The notes: generated by a model from the sequence alone, not told the origin. 64,000 nt of DNA from Squalus acanthias (GCA_030390025.1 CM059432.1:107138001-107202000), one strand, 5' to 3'; shown: positions 12,936 through 27,989, numbered from the stretch's first letter. Numbers and translations are program-made.

Positions 12936-14845
12936 AAGAATATAGGAATAAGATGGAACTTTGTGTAAGCTCCTTTGAGTTTACGACTATAAAAGTAAAT
13001 TATGAACTCAAATGTTATACTTAAACTCATGAAATTGAAAAATTTTAAATTGAATGAATAGGCATTTATAGAATTTTATTTCAAAATACGAATGTAGCTA
13101 ATTTAAAAAAAAAGTTAATTTGTGAGTGGGAGGCTTAATAGTTGTAGTTTGGCTTGTTGGGTCAGGGGGTGCAGTCTGTTATTTGGCTGTGAGGCTATAA
13201 TCTGCTTGTAGATTTGTGGGGCTGCAGTCTGAGAGTCTAGGGTTCAAGTCCCTTTTCGGGCACCAAAATCTGAAGACGTGCGGAAATCTCCCCTCGCCCC
13301 GTCCAACAGTTTCCAAAGTTCAGATCCGTCGAACAGACAACACAAAACCCAGTGGAGCTGATATCTGGTGTCGTTGTGTAAGGGTGAAGTGTGTCTTGTA
13401 GTGTTGGGGTGGAGTGTTCAGCCTCTATGCTACATTGTCCTCCGGCATGCCTGGAATTGTAGTGTCTTTAGTTCGGGGGTACAGTGTGCTGAGGACTGTA
13501 GTGCGTTCCAATGGTTTATATGACTGTGCAGAATTTATGCTTGTCTTGAGTGATTCTGGGACCAGGCTTGTGTTGTATATTAGCGACTCCTACAGAATCT
13601 ACAGGAATAATATTTTTGGTTGGGGGAGGAGATCGCAAACTATGGAGAGAGGCAGGTTTTGTACTTTTTAAATGGAAAAGAATGGCACATGCTTGATTGT
13701 AAAGTGGCAGATTGGAATAAGAAAGTGGGTGTGAACCTGGGGGCAAGTGCAGAACTGGGGGAAAAAGCGAGTGGGGTAAAGCTGAAGGCTTCTAAAGGAT
13801 GGATAAATCTGAAGAAACTTGAGACAAAGTCAAATGTTGATGATGAATTATTTAATTTTTAATGGTTTTTAGTATGATGTATTTTGAAAGCTAGAAATTT
13901 GAGAAAATAGAATTAATATTTTTGGAAGTAACATTCCATTTTGAACAATTTGGTAGATTTTTCTGATAAATAATCATGGTTAGTTATGATATTTTTATTT
14001 CACGTAATCTGGATGCTGGAAATGTAATGCCAGAGGAACAAGAAGTGCACGTAGATAGATGTACAGTATTTGTTTTTATATAATTCAGGTGAGATGTATA
14101 ATAGCGCCAATGGTGCTGTGTCAGGCAGTGTTTGACAGATCCATACAGTAAGTTGCTACCAAAGTTAATGTATATTTGTGTCATATCCTCAACAGTTAAA
14201 TGGTTAAATGTTCTCATTGGCTTATTACGCTGGTGTAAAATTCAGCTGTTAACTAATTCAGTCAATTAAATGAAATTTTGTTTGCTGTGTGAGGTATTGT
14301 CAATTTGCCGATGTTTAGGCATTCTTTCACTAGACCAGCTTGATTCAGCACTGATGATTTAGATAATCCTAAACTTGTATTTGCTGCAGATTCATGTTTG
14401 GAATTTGGAGCATAATTGCATTACGAAGGATTAGAGTTTATTCTTTCTGTTTGCATTTTGCTGTCCCAAGTTCCACAAAATCCCTTTGTATTGGTCTGTC
14501 TAATAGATATTGATTTGAGTTAATGTAAGCTGATGCTCATCTCCTTCAATTTCAGTTTATCTTAAGTCATTGCGTATGCCAGAAAGTAATTTTAATAGTG
14601 CCCTTGTGTGTGGATGGCTTGGGGAAGGTCTTCCTCTAAACCAGTAATCTGTAACCCTAATCCAATATACCTAAACTTGTATGTTTTATTGGGTGAGTTA
14701 TAGTATTGAATTGTTCCAGTGGTACACTGTAGTAGTCTCACTGTCAAATCATTTTAGAAAGTTACTGCGAAGAATTAATTACTCTTATGTAGTTTAACTA
14801 TTGGACAAATTAATCATTTGATGCTGGAATTGTTTTCTCTCCTAG

Positions 14846-15091
14846 GGTTGAAGTGTTTCTGCTCCCACTGTGTTCCAAATAACTACACCTGTGAGACGGA
14901 TGGGCTCTGCGTGACCACTGTCACTCGCACAGAAGATCGAATAGTGCACAGCAAAATGTGTGTTTCAAATGCTGACCTGATACCTCCAGATAGGCCGTTT
15001 CTTTGTGCTCCGTCTGCAAATGACGCTGTATCGAGTCGTTGCTGTGACACCGATTTATGCAACCATTATGATCTTCCTGTGCCAACCAGAG
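14846..15091 (+). CDS. TGFBR1: TGF-beta receptor type I (ALK5), coding exon 2: extracellular cysteine-rich domain
   Basis: cctag|GG acceptor and AGAG|gtaaga donor; 246 nt, phase 1/1. Translates LKCFCSHCVPNNYTCETDGLC...DRPFLCAPS...CCDTDLCN, with the CC-x4-CN cysteine box and an NYT glycosylation sequon. Confidence 0.96.
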
Positions 15092-16335
15092 GTAAGATTC
15101 TGGGTGGATGATTTCATGGGTTTCTGAGGAAGCATGACGTGTATAAAAAAAAAAAATCAGCGTTAAGACGATATAGTGTTTACTGATTTACAAGACTGTC
15201 CAAAGTTGCCCTCCAAGATGTGATTGACATGATTTTTCTTTGTATTGGAGTTCCTTGCTAGTGAAATATTTTCTTTATTTTCTGGTTACTTTTTTATTAA
15301 AATTGGGTAATTTGATCAACTTAAATTTCCTGTAAGCTTTACTTGCCTCAATAAATGAGACCACATTTGGCGTACTCGTAGACCAAATTTGCGGGTGGTC
15401 GCTAGCTATGGTTGTTCTTGTCCACTGAACGTTCTTTCTCCCAGTGTGTTTATGATCCTCATCTTTGATTACCTAAACACTTTTGTGGTGTGTGTTTAGA
15501 CTTGTTAAACATTCTGCATATTTTAACTTTGATCTTAATACGGCTGAGATACCTACTGCCATTTGATGCAATGACTGCATCTATTGATTGGAGTAGATTA
15601 GGGCAATCACCAGGTTGTTTAGTTTAGGGATGTTGCAGTCCAAAAATAAATTGAGAATAGTATTTCAGTATTGCTAAATAATAGATAATTTCATGACTTC
15701 GATCACTTGATTGCGATCCAGATAGGAACTAACGATAACCATGACACAGAAACTGATCCTTTGACCTACAGTAAATCATTTCTAGAAACTCTGGTGAAAT
15801 CCAGGATTTGCATTAAGTGTTGCTTCCTTGGTTCAGGAAATGGAATCTGCAGTGGAGCAGTTTTGCATGGTTCCCATCCTGCCCATAAATTGCAGGACCA
15901 AAAGTATTAAGTTATCTATTCTTTTGTAACTTTGAGCTCTGAGCTTCCATGCATAAAAGTGTGGGAAATACAACTTTTTTCAGCAGCTGCAGATACAACT
16001 TCTGGGAAAAAATAAAGCTGATCAAGGACACACGATGAAGATGAAACTATTACAGTAGATGAAATTCTCTCCTGCCCTGTAAAATATAGTGGGACCCATT
16101 CAGTATAGCGAATCACACTCCTGTCATTGTATAAGCCAATTTGATTTACACTGTATGGTACCTCTTGAGAGCTGTAGCTGAGGGTCTGCTTCAAGTTGAT
16201 TTCATGTCGTGTGTTTAACAAAAGGAATGTAATTGGGTATAATAATTGGGGCAACAAATTATTTCTATGAAGTGCAAAAATCTAGCATAGTTCTGGCCGT
16301 TTAATTGTGCGATTCTGTTTGTGCATTATTCCTAG

Positions 16336-16578
16336 TGACTCCAGCAGAGCCTCCTTGGTTAAATTTGGGGCCCGTGGAATTGGCAGCAGTCATCGCTGGA
16401 CCAGTTTGTGTAGTTTGCATTTTACTGATGGTGACCTTCTATTTCTTTCATAACCGCGCGGTCATTCATCACCGTGTTCCCCATGAAGAAGATCCCTCCT
16501 TAGATCATCCTTTCATTTCTGAGGGTACCACTCTCAAAGATTTAATTTATGACATGACAACCTCTGGCTCTGGTTCAG
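16336..16578 (+). CDS. TGFBR1: TGFBR1 exon 3: transmembrane helix and start of GS box (alternative starts at 16345 and 16348)
   Basis: cctag| acceptor and TCAG|gtaaag donor. Encodes [23 protein letters not shown]...[31 protein letters not shown]. Length is 243 nt, or 231 nt from the CAG at 16345-16347. Confidence 0.95.
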
Positions 16579-17054
16579 GTAAAGCTGCAATTTTATATTA
16601 CGAATTTCCAGTTTGCTATTGTACACTTGCATGTTATGAAATGTCTTGAAACTGCATTGTTTTTACACTTCAATCCTGCAATTTTGGTGATATCTTTACC
16701 TCTCAGTATTGTTTTTCAAATGGTAAGTCCTACCGTGTATTTGAGGTGAGGTGCAGTATTTGATGCGTTAGCTCCTTGTCAGCAGCACATCTAGTTGTGG
16801 AAATGGGAACAGAATGGCTGGACTGGTGACAAAGGGCAACACCAGACATTCAAAACATTCCCAGCTCAGTTTTTTTTTTTTTCCCCCCCCCTTGCCCACA
16901 CTCAAAAGTTCACTAAGCTAAGTTGGTCCCACAAGCAAGCAACACCTATCAGCACAATGCTGGCTTGGGATCTCCACATCAGCAAAACACAGTAGAGACA
17001 GCTTCGTACCTGGACCCGAGAGCCCTTCATGGAGGATAACCGAGGTCAGCAACC

Positions 17055-18500
17055 ACAACAACATACATTTATATACTACCTATTATGTAGAAAAATGTTC
17101 CGAGAAACTTTAGACGCAAAAGAAGAGATATTAGGAGGGGTGACCAGAAGCTTGGTCAGAGGTGGGTTTGAAGTGCGTCTGAGGAAGTGGAGAGGCAGAG
17201 GGGATTAGGGAGGGAATTTCAGAGTGTAGGACCTAGCCAGCAGAGGGCACAGCCATTAGGGTGAAGGGTGTGTGGGAATGCACAAGAGCTTGGAGTGAGT
17301 GAAGTAGAGACTTTGAGAGAGGTTGGTAGTGCTGGAGGAGGTTCGAAAGATAGGGAGGGCTAAAGCCGTGGAAGGATTTAAACACCAGGATGAGAATTTA
17401 AATTTTAAGCATTGGATCAGAGCCAATTTAGGCCAGCAACAACGGGTGCGATAGGTATGGGGGACTTTGTGCGGGAAGGATACAGGCAGCAGAGTTTTAG
17501 ATAAACTGAAGTTTATGGAGGGTGGAATACTAGTCAGGAGAACATTGGAATAGTCGAGTCTGGAGGTGAGAAATCATGGATGAGAGTTTCATTGGTAGGT
17601 GGGCTGAGGTAGGGCAGGGAGGTGGTTACAAGGGTGGAAGTTTGGCAGCCTTTGTAATTGTGAAGACATGGGCATGGAAGCTCCGCTCTGGGTTGAATAA
17701 GACAGAGGTTGCGAACAGTCTGGTTCAGACTGAAAACTGACTAGGAAGGAGATGAATCATTTGAGGAGGGTACAAAGTTTGCGGCAGGAACTGAAGGCGA
17801 TGACTTTAGTCTTCCATTGTTTAGCTGGAAGAAATTGCGGCTCATCCAAGACTGTCAGATGAGCAGTCTGACTACACAGAGGCAGTAGTGAGGTAGATAC
17901 AGGTGTCGTCAGCGTACGTGTGTAAGCTGACTCTACATCTAAAAGTTTAAGCTACAAGTTTAAACCTCCCTGTACAGAGCATATTGTCCATCTCCCAACT
18001 CAGCTTGTTCTGTGTTTTTACTGTGCTCTTTTCCATGACTGGAAGTCTGCTCACATTTGATTTCTTAGGTTCCTCTACCCATTGTGGTCTTGCCAGATCT
18101 GGTGATGGATGGCAATGTTCAGGGTCACGCACCTTGGACTCGATTGAATGAAAATGGTGACTATAGCCGGGGGAAAGATCAGAATGGGAGACTGTGAAAG
18201 TTTGCTGGGGACAAGGGCATCAAAGATGTTGGTTAGGTAGTGCTTGAACTGACAGTTGCCGAAGTATAGAGGTGAATGGAAGACCAAAGGCTGAGACGTT
18301 GGGAATTTGAAAGTGTAGCTGGTCGTAGAAACTTGGAGGTTTTTTTCCATGGATGGGTGCAGAAGAAGGGATTGGAAGATTTGGGGGGTGAAGGATAGAA
18401 CAAAGTGGTCAGAGATGGTTTTATCAGTGAACAAGCCTATGAGAGTAGATCGGCCAAGGGGATGGTGGGATCGAGGGGTGGCCACAATGATGGGTAGGAG
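17055..18500 (-). mobile_element. L2 LINE fragment
   Basis: Minus strand encodes an HTYADDTCIYL RT motif near 17890-17925; L2-type 3' end near 17055-17110. Confidence 0.7.
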
Positions 18501-18951
18501 AGCACTGATACTTTGTCACCTCATTGTTGTTAAAGGAATCGGCATGCATTGTTTGAAATGAAAACTCTCATTCATTTTAACAGGGCAAGCAACCATCTGG
18601 TGGGAAGTGAACATTTCGAAAACTTGTACAACTAATAATTCAGTAATCCTCTAAATACTGCATGTTTTGAACTTGAGCTTTTAAGTACATTTTTAAATTA
18701 AACGTAAACCAGCCTTCTGTATCTGTGCAGTGTATTTTGATGAGCTATAGCATTTGTTTCACATTTTAATTTAATACTGAAAACTGTTAGTTAACATTGA
18801 TCCCATTGCATCAAAGTTTGTTGAACTGTAAGGAATAAGGGAGAGAGGTTTTATTAGTCCAATGTTAGTTAGTGAGCTAGTTTGAAGAAAACAAATGAAA
18901 GATCTGGATGTGAAAGTTGCTCAGCCTATTGTGTTGTCGCCTAATTACTAA

Positions 18952-19257
<306 letters not shown>

Positions 19258-19634
19258 TAGTACATTGCCCATAATTTTTCTGTAGCTGTGGTGGTTTACT
19301 CTTCCATGGAATTTCAAGTCAGTAATTTGAGAGAGTTTGTATTTTAACTTGATAAACCTATACTAGTGAGGGGTAAAGAAAATCCTAACCATCTCTTGGA
19401 TAGTGCTATGAAAGAGGGGGCACCACTGAAACCTGCATTTCCTATGCCACTGAATCTACTAAATGCAAACTGGTGAATTCAGTGCTAACTATTACTATTC
19501 CTATTCCTGACTTTGCCCTAGTTGGGAGGAAGAGGGTGGTCACGCAGCACGGGAGAGCCAGCACAGAATACCTAATGGGAGAGTTGTGCCAGTTTTAAAT
19601 GCAGTGCGGGTAATAGGGTAACTGTTTCATGCAT

Positions 19635-20830
19635 GAGAGGCCGTTGGTCCTTCTCGCCCACCTAGCCACAGTATTCCCTTGGTGAGTTTCTAATAACCCT
19701 GAATCCCATTTGTTGACTGGAACCTGTCTAATTCCTTCTTGAAATCCATTAAGGTTTCTTGTTCCACTACCTGTGCTGGTAATTTGTTCCACATACTTAC
19801 CACCCTTATAGTAAAATAAAAAGTTCCTCCTGTAGTTCCCATTTTCCTTTGTTGTCCAGGGTAGTCAATCATTCCTCATGCATCAGTCCCTTAAGTTCTG
19901 GGATCAATCATGTAGCCCTTCTTTGTATCCCCTCCAATAACTGAATATCCTTTTTGAAATGGGGAGACCAAAACTACACGCAGTACTCCAAATGTGGTCT
20001 CAGCGGGGCTAAATACAGTTTTAAAGTGACCTCTCTGGATTTATGTGTTATACTGCTTGTTATGCATCCCAACATTCTGTAGTGTCGTGTAAGAGCAGAA
20101 GATGGCTGAAGATTTGGACTGGACCAAGAGCAAGTGAATGGATGACCAATTTTTTTTAATACAGCACAGAAGGAGGCCATTCGGCCCATTGTGCCCATGC
20201 CGGCTATTTGAAAGAGCTATCCAATTAGTCCCACTCCCCTCCTCTTTCTCCATAGCCCTGCAAATTTTCCCAATTCAAGTATTTATCCAATTCCCATTTG
20301 AAAGTTATTACTGAATCTGCTTCCACCACCCTTTCAGGCAGTACATTCCAGATATTCATAACATGCTGCGCAATATGTTCCCCTCATGTTGCTTCTGATT
20401 CTTTTGCCTTAAATCTGTGTCCTCTGGTTTCCGACCCTTCTGCTACTGGAAACAGTTTCTCTTTATTTACTCCATCAAAACCCTATGTGATTTTTGAACA
20501 CCTATCAAATCTCCCCTTAACCTTCTAAGGAGAACAACCACAATTTCTCCAGTGTCTCCACGTTACTGAATCTCTTCTGCACTCTCTCTCTAACCCTTGA
20601 CATCCTTCCTAAAGTTAGTGCCCAGAATTGGCCACAATACTCCAGTTGGAGCCTAACCAGTGTGTTATAAAGGTTTAGCATAACTTCCTTGCTGTTGTAC
20701 TCTATGCCTCTGTTTAAACATCCAAGGATCCCGTATGGTTTCTCAACTTGTCCTGCCACCTTTAAAGACTTCTGTACATACACCCCCAAGTCTCTGTTCC
20801 TGCACCCCCTTTAAAATTGTACCATTTTAG
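19635..20830 (-). mobile_element. Two adjacent CR1 3' fragments (about 19635-20075 and 20160-20830)
   Basis: Peptides RPHLEYCV, RVVSMWNKLP and LEYCGQFW; two separate 3' tails. Confidence 0.8.
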
Positions 20831-21721
20831 CTTATATCTTCGTACCAAAATTAATATCGAGGTTTAATTCAGTACACATTAAAGTAAAATTCAATTTTTT
20901 TATTCTAAGGCTGCGGTCAGGCCCGTACGTTGAGATATTTGTTATAAGGAATAATTTCTCCTTTTAAGGATAACATGACGATTTGTCCTAATTTGTATTT
21001 GCAAATTTGGGAAGACTTGTTTGTTCTGCCCCTCCCAGTCCAAAACACCTCAAACTGTAACTTGTATAACTTTCTGAATCTAGCAGTATAATTCTAATAA
21101 GAGGAAACATTTACAGTAAATGTAAAGCTTGGGCAGGAACATGGGTATTTTAAAGCCTTGTATGTTTAACCTATAGTAAAGAACTATGATGAGGATTGAA
21201 CTACAATCATTTAAAATTTTGCACATTTGTACTTGTGTTTGTCTGCTCCTGTGATTTTTTTGAATCGTTATATGTAGGACAGTAGATTGTAGCATGAGTT
21301 TTTTTTGCTCTTTTGCCATTTATTATAACCATCAAAATGATCAGAAGCTGAGCTGATCTTTGAGGGGGGGAAAAAGATGGAATCGAGGAGTGCAATATCC
21401 AAGCTATTGGGTAAAAATCCTGGAATCCTATAATTAAAAACAAAAACTGATTCATTTAGTCACTGTAAACCAGTAGCTCTTATTGTAAACCGACGGAATT
21501 GCGGAATGTCATCCCAAAAGTCACAGTAAAAGTCCGTGAATCCCACAGAATTCGACTTGTTCAATTGCTGTAAACCTGTAACTTTGATTGTAAAGATTTG
21601 GTCTCAACTTGGTCTAATCAGCACAACTTAACAGGCGCAGCTTGGGCTGTTGCAGACAGGCTCGAATTTTGTGTCTGACCAGATTACCTAAATTAGATTT
21701 ATTCCCCCAAGAAAAAGAAAT

Positions 21722-21920
21722 ACTTGCATTTATATAGTGCCTTTCATGATCACCGGACGTCTCAAAGTGCTTCACAGCCAATGAAGTACCTTTTGAAGTG
21801 TAGTCGCTGTTGCAATGTAGGAAATGCGGCAGCCAATTTGCGCACAGCAAGCTCCCACAAACCACAATGTGATAATGACCAGATAATCTATTTTAGTGAT
21901 TTGATTGAGGGATAAATATT
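21722..21920 (-). mobile_element. Deu-domain SINE, 3' part
   Basis: Homologous to 3195-3390; tail reads gcactatataaatgcaagt on the minus strand. Confidence 0.8.
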
Positions 21921-22269
21921 TAAGAGCGCAAAACATGTTTATCATGCACTCATGAAACTTGGTGGACTGTACTCTACATTTGCTTATAACTTTGAATGCT
22001 ACATTCAAATTAAATACAAAGTAAAATAAATAAGAAAATGAAACTGCAAAGTCTGTTCAGGGAATGGTGAGGGCAGTCACTGGGGGAAAAACGTAAGAAC
22101 CGTCAGAGACTGATCTTTTTAAGGATACAACCGCGTTGACACTGAGGATGAACTAAAATTGGTTGTCGTACTAAATGGCTTCTTCTTGGACATTTTCTCC
22201 AGTGAAGGCACTAATTACATTACATGCCATTCACAATAGAAAGTTCTAAAATTAAATGTAACAATTTCA

Positions 22270-23600
22270 ACATCACTGTGATGAGGTCCTAGGCAGACTC
22301 GGAGGACTCCATTTTAAAACAATCTTGGGGTTGGTTGTTCTACACCCAAGGGTGCTAAATGAGATTAGAAATGAAAATGACAATGTTGAGTGTCATCATG
22401 AGGCAGTCTAGTGGGATCCTAGTTTCAAAAAAAAATGTCGCAGCAAATCTGCATAACCACAAACCCATTAGTCTTCCATTGATAACTGGCAAAAGATTAA
22501 CATTGATCATTAGGAGCAAAATTTTGAGGATTACCTGTATGAAAATAACCTAGCACAGTTTCAGAAGTGGGAATTCCTGCCTAGCCCAATTCTTTTTATT
22601 TTGACTTCCCAAGTTGATTGTGGATAGCTCTAAGGTACTGGATCTAGACTTTCAGAACATTTTTCATTAAAAGTTCCCCATGAAGGTGCTCATACAGAAG
22701 GTTTAGAAGTGGTATCCATGGGAATAATTAATTGACTAAGTGGAAAAGCAGCAGGTACTGAGCGAAGAGTTTAGGGATTAGGTTATTACAGTTCCCAATC
22801 TACATAAATGGCCTGGACCAAACTAAAAGCCATTTGGTGTAAATTTTGCAGATGATACTAATGGGGAGAGGTCTGTTTGGCAAAGTACAATCTAATGATG
22901 CAGTCAATATGCTACAGCAGGACTTGGACAAAATTAGGTGAGCAGAACAATGGCTGGGTATTAAACATCGGAAGAATGTGAGGCTCACTTAATGAGTGGT
23001 GATGAACTGGCTAAAGGTTGAACGAGACCTAGTAGTATACATTCAACACTATTGTGCCCAATCATTGTAGTGCAGCAATCAGTAAAACAAACAGAATGTT
23101 GAGCTGTATTGACAAATTAGTAGACTACTTGTCTAAGGCAGTCTTGCTGAAGCTGTATAGTGCTCTGGTTAGGCCATGCCGTGAGTATTATGTTCAGTTC
23201 TAGTCACCAAAACACAAGTGAAATAACCAAGCTCTGGAGGTAGTGGGAAGGGCCATGAAACCTAGTGTTAGAGGGCTGCTTATGAGGATAGACTTGGAAA
23301 ACTCTTGCGCCTTAAAAGGAAGTGGTTGGGGTTGGGGGGGGTGCCTTAATAGAAATATATGAAATAGCAAGTAGAATGGAAAAAATACATGTGAAGAAAC
23401 ATTTTAAATTTAAACCTGACCAGGGGACATGGTTACAAATTGATAAAAGGTAAGCTAAGAACTGTTGATGGGAAGTACTTCATGCAAAGAATGGCCAATA
23501 GCTCCATCGTGGAAGCAAAAACTCTGGAATCATTCAAGACAGTTGGATGAAGTAATGAGGGGGGTCATATTCTTTTATGGAAGAATAAGCTAAATTGCTT
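22270..23600 (+). mobile_element. Old, degraded CR1 LINE
   Basis: Remnants of KPISL, LDFQ, FADDT and LVRP..EYYVQF motifs. Confidence 0.65.
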
Positions 23601-23776
23601 TCTTTACCTGTACTTTGCTTTTTGAAATGTTTTAGTCCTGTATAAACCACAGTTTAAGTGCATATTTTGCACATCGGTCAGGTATTTAAATTAAATTCTG
23701 CCTGTTCACACAGGCATGCAAGTACCTTGGTGTTGCTGTGTTTAGATATGCTAACTTTTTCTTCTCCTGTCTTCAG

Positions 23777-23944
23777 ACAATGGGACCTGGACACAGCTGT
23801 GGCTGGTATCAGATTATCATGAACATGGCTCCCTGTTTGACTACTTGAACAGGTACACCGTTACTGTGGAAGGGATGATTAAACTGGCACTTTCCACAGC
23901 CAGTGGACTTGCACATTTGCATATGGAGATTGTTGGTACACAAG
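23777..23944 (+). CDS. TGFBR1: TGFBR1 exon 5: kinase L45 loop and hinge
   Basis: cttcag| acceptor and CAAG|gtgagg donor; 168 nt. Encodes [56 protein letters not shown]. Not in the ORF track; read manually. Confidence 0.97.
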
Positions 23945-24314
23945 GTGAGGATGTGAACTTGCATTTGTTACAAATTTTCTGCCATACACAATAGGATCAG
24001 GATTTCCAAGATCAAATAATCCCTTCTGTTTTAAAAGCACAAGTAGAAAAAATGAACAGTGTTTTTTTAAAAAGGACATCAATAATTATTTTGTGTATTT
24101 GAAATACTACCAGAATTGCCGTTGTTGAATAAGAGGATTAAAACCATAATGCACGGAAGGTTGCTTTTGTAAATATGCATGACTGGCACAGCAGGAGTCC
24201 TCTGCTGGCATAGTAATACTTGATCAATATTTAAATAGTGTCTGTGTAGAACTAGTCCAATTCCCAGAAGACGCTTGCAGGTGTATGTATTCAACTCTTT
24301 GCATTCTAATATGA

Positions 24315-24491
<177 letters not shown>

Positions 24492-24764
24492 TAAAGCATG
24501 TATAAATGCAAACACTTATATTCTGTATGCTTGCATTTATGAAATAACCATGAGCATCAGACTAAATGTCGCAGGTTTGTAGTGTCGTTAGGGGATAACC
24601 AATAACTGTCTTTTTTCCCTGAAGAATGCTATTTCTTTCCATGTTCCACGTCACCAAAGGATGCTGTTAAATGGGATTTTTAAAAACACTAGTACATCTC
24701 CTGTGGCATTGCTCACAGGTAGGTGGGGACTTGAGTGTGTGGTCTCTGTTTACTGCAGTCTTTT

Positions 24765-25000
24765 ACGCCTCTCCCACTCCCTTTGCTCCACCATTGGCGG
24801 CCATGCCTTCAGCTCTCTAATTCCCTCACTAAACCTCTCCAACACTCTCTTCCTTAAAACCTACCTCTTTGACTAAGCTTTTAGTTGCACCTCCCAATAT
24901 TTCCTCCTTTGCCTCAGTGTCAGTCTTTGTCTGACTACGCTCCTGTGAAGCACCGTGGGGTGTTTTCCTATATTCAAGGCGCTGTATAAATGCAAGTTGC
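24765..25000 (+). mobile_element. L2 LINE 3' end
   Basis: ttggcggccatgccttcagc...cttaaaacctacctctttgac...gcgctgtataaatgcaagttg, a typical L2 terminus shared with the Deu-SINE tail. Confidence 0.7.
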
Positions 25001-26082
25001 TTTCCCACTTCAGCCTAAAGGTAACAGTGTCCATCACTATAATACAGCAGATTTAACGAGGCAAACGAATCTTGGACGAGGTGAACTAATTACCTATGTT
25101 ACTGATATATAGAGGCTTCCTTTCTGTACCTTCCCCTTTCTATATTCATCATTTGCCTTTTTTTTAAACTTCATTTTGCTCCAAGCTCTCGAGGTGGAGC
25201 CCTATCATTTGACACACCTCTTTGTTCCTGCTTGGAATGTATTTAGTCTGTTTTATCTATTTCTTATTTGAATATCTCGCACAGTTGATCTGTTGTTTGA
25301 CTTGCTATTCTTTGCAACCAGTTAATCTGGGTTAGGTCCCCTTTCATTCTACTGAAATTAGCTATTTTCTAGTTCAACTCCCTTACCTTCGATCTTTTTT
25401 AAATTTTTATGTGAACTAATTAGGTTATGGTCTCTGTTCCCCAAGTGTTCTCCAGCATTCAGGTCACTTGTCCTGTTCCGTTACCCAGAATCAAATCCAA
25501 CACTCCTAAGGACAGGATCGGTCAAGTGATGTGTTGGGATGTGTAATCAACTTCTCCCTGACTGGCCTAGTGTTTGGCAGCTGGAAGTAATGATGAAATT
25601 GCTACATTTAAAGTACTATTTTATAACCCAACTTCCTTTGCAAGACCTCCATCCTGTTCTTCCCTATGTTATTGGTTCTAGCATGAGCCACAAATTCAAG
25701 CTGTACTTTTCTCAAATCTTCTCTACTCATTCTGTTATCTCCCTTACCCTGGCACTTAGGTGACAATTTGGGCCTTCTGGCCATAGCTGCAGAAATTGAT
25801 ATCTAACCCTTTAATAGAATTCCCTGTAACTGCCCCTTGCCTTTTCTCAGCACCATTACCCCCACCCTTACTTGTTCCATGATGTTGCTGTTTCCCTCCC
25901 CTTTTATCAGCATCCTTGTCTGCATCAAGATGTGATCCACTTGCCCATCAAATTTTATAGTACATCTTACAAAGTAACCACTGGCATTGAATTCCACAAG
26001 AACTGTATCAAGGGTGGGGTGAAAATCAACTGCTTGGCTTTGTTTTTAAAAACTGATCTATATTTAAATAGGTTTACATTAA

Positions 26083-26256
<174 letters not shown>

Positions 26257-26694
26257 TAAAACATTCTAGATATTTCCTCATACTATTTCAATTTAGGTTG
26301 TGAAATGGGATTTGGGGTAGAGTAGAGGGAGCTCTGCATCTCACCATGTCCAGTTGCTGACACTGGGTAACTGAAATGAGATGTTCCCTTTCCAGGCATT
26401 TACATTCCTCACCTTGATGAGCAAAAAGTGGAATCCTATAATGGAAAACTATGCTGTGTGCTTGGCATTCTATTTTCCTGGTGTGTGATGAATGATCATG
26501 ATGTGCCTTTGGCAAGACTAAATGAGAATTCAAAAGTTCAGGCCAGCCTCCAATATGCATGTACTAGATTAGTTTTCCCTGTTTGTCATTTCCTTGTATT
26601 GTAATAGTTTCTGACCTGTGAATATGAACAGGAATATGAACAGAAAGTGTATCTTTAAAAAAAATAATAACCTAGTCCAATAAATTGCATTTGA

Positions 26695-26868
<174 letters not shown>

Positions 26869-27989
26869 TAAAGTCTGTTATTCATGTACTTGCATGGATG
26901 AAACATTCCATTGGTACAAGACCTACTAATTTGATCTAGGTGAGCAGAAAGTTGATGATTTTTCCTCATTTGTCCAACCTCCATGGGAAAGGGGAGAGAA
27001 ATTTACCCAAGGATAAAAGATATTTGCATAATTGTGCTGCCATTTTACTCCGTCTTTTCCCTCTATCACTCATGGCAGACCTTGTTCTGAACTACAGCCT
27101 TTATTCCTTTTCTCCTCTCATTGGCACTAGACTTTTGGTTTAATACTGTTTTTTTCATCATGGTGAATCTAGTTTCAGAAAGTTATAGTAACAGTCTTGT
27201 CTAATTTTTATTTCCTATCCAAATGTTTTGAGGTTTTAATTTTGATACGATGGATCTTTTTTCAGCACTATGATTTGAAAGCCCTTAAGAATATTGCCAT
27301 CTAAATTTTAGGGAAGCTGTTATGCACTGAACTAAAGACGAAATCCATTGGACCCTCACTGACTGACTGACTGGTTTCACAGTCAGCATCCCTCATTTTG
27401 AAATGCAAGCATGTGTTGTTGCTTCATCTTATCTTCTGTCTTGTACCTACAATGTGTCTCATTTTTGTCTGCTTTCAGCTTGTACAATTCAATCTAGTGT
27501 TCGAGCTTCTCCTTTTTTAAGTTAGCAGTAATTCTTTTGTCAGTCCAGCCAATTCTATTTTGTCTTCATTTTTGGTTCTTGTATGAATTGTATTGTCATT
27601 TGGCCTAATTAAAAGAAGACCTGGAGAACCATGGCATCCAAAAGTGCAATTTAATGGGTAAAATGTCTGATCCTGCAGTGGCAAAGAGAAAAGACCACCT
27701 TTTTTGGACTATGGGAATTTTGACCCTAGTATCAAAGCAAATAAGATTAACGGAGAATAAATTATCTGCTTCCTCTTCTGCCCTCTTCCACAAGTGTGAC
27801 ACTGAATTTGGCAGAGTTTCTAGTGGGGGCTACACCTTGGTTTTCAAATGGATGGAATGTTGGCTGGGTGAATGGGTAAGAGAAACCATTGGGGAAAATC
27901 TGTGCATGTCATTTTAGGGAATGTCCATAAAATTCAGAGTAGTGTTTTTCTCTGGACAGCAGAGAATGTGCAGACCTGGCAGCTGCTGG

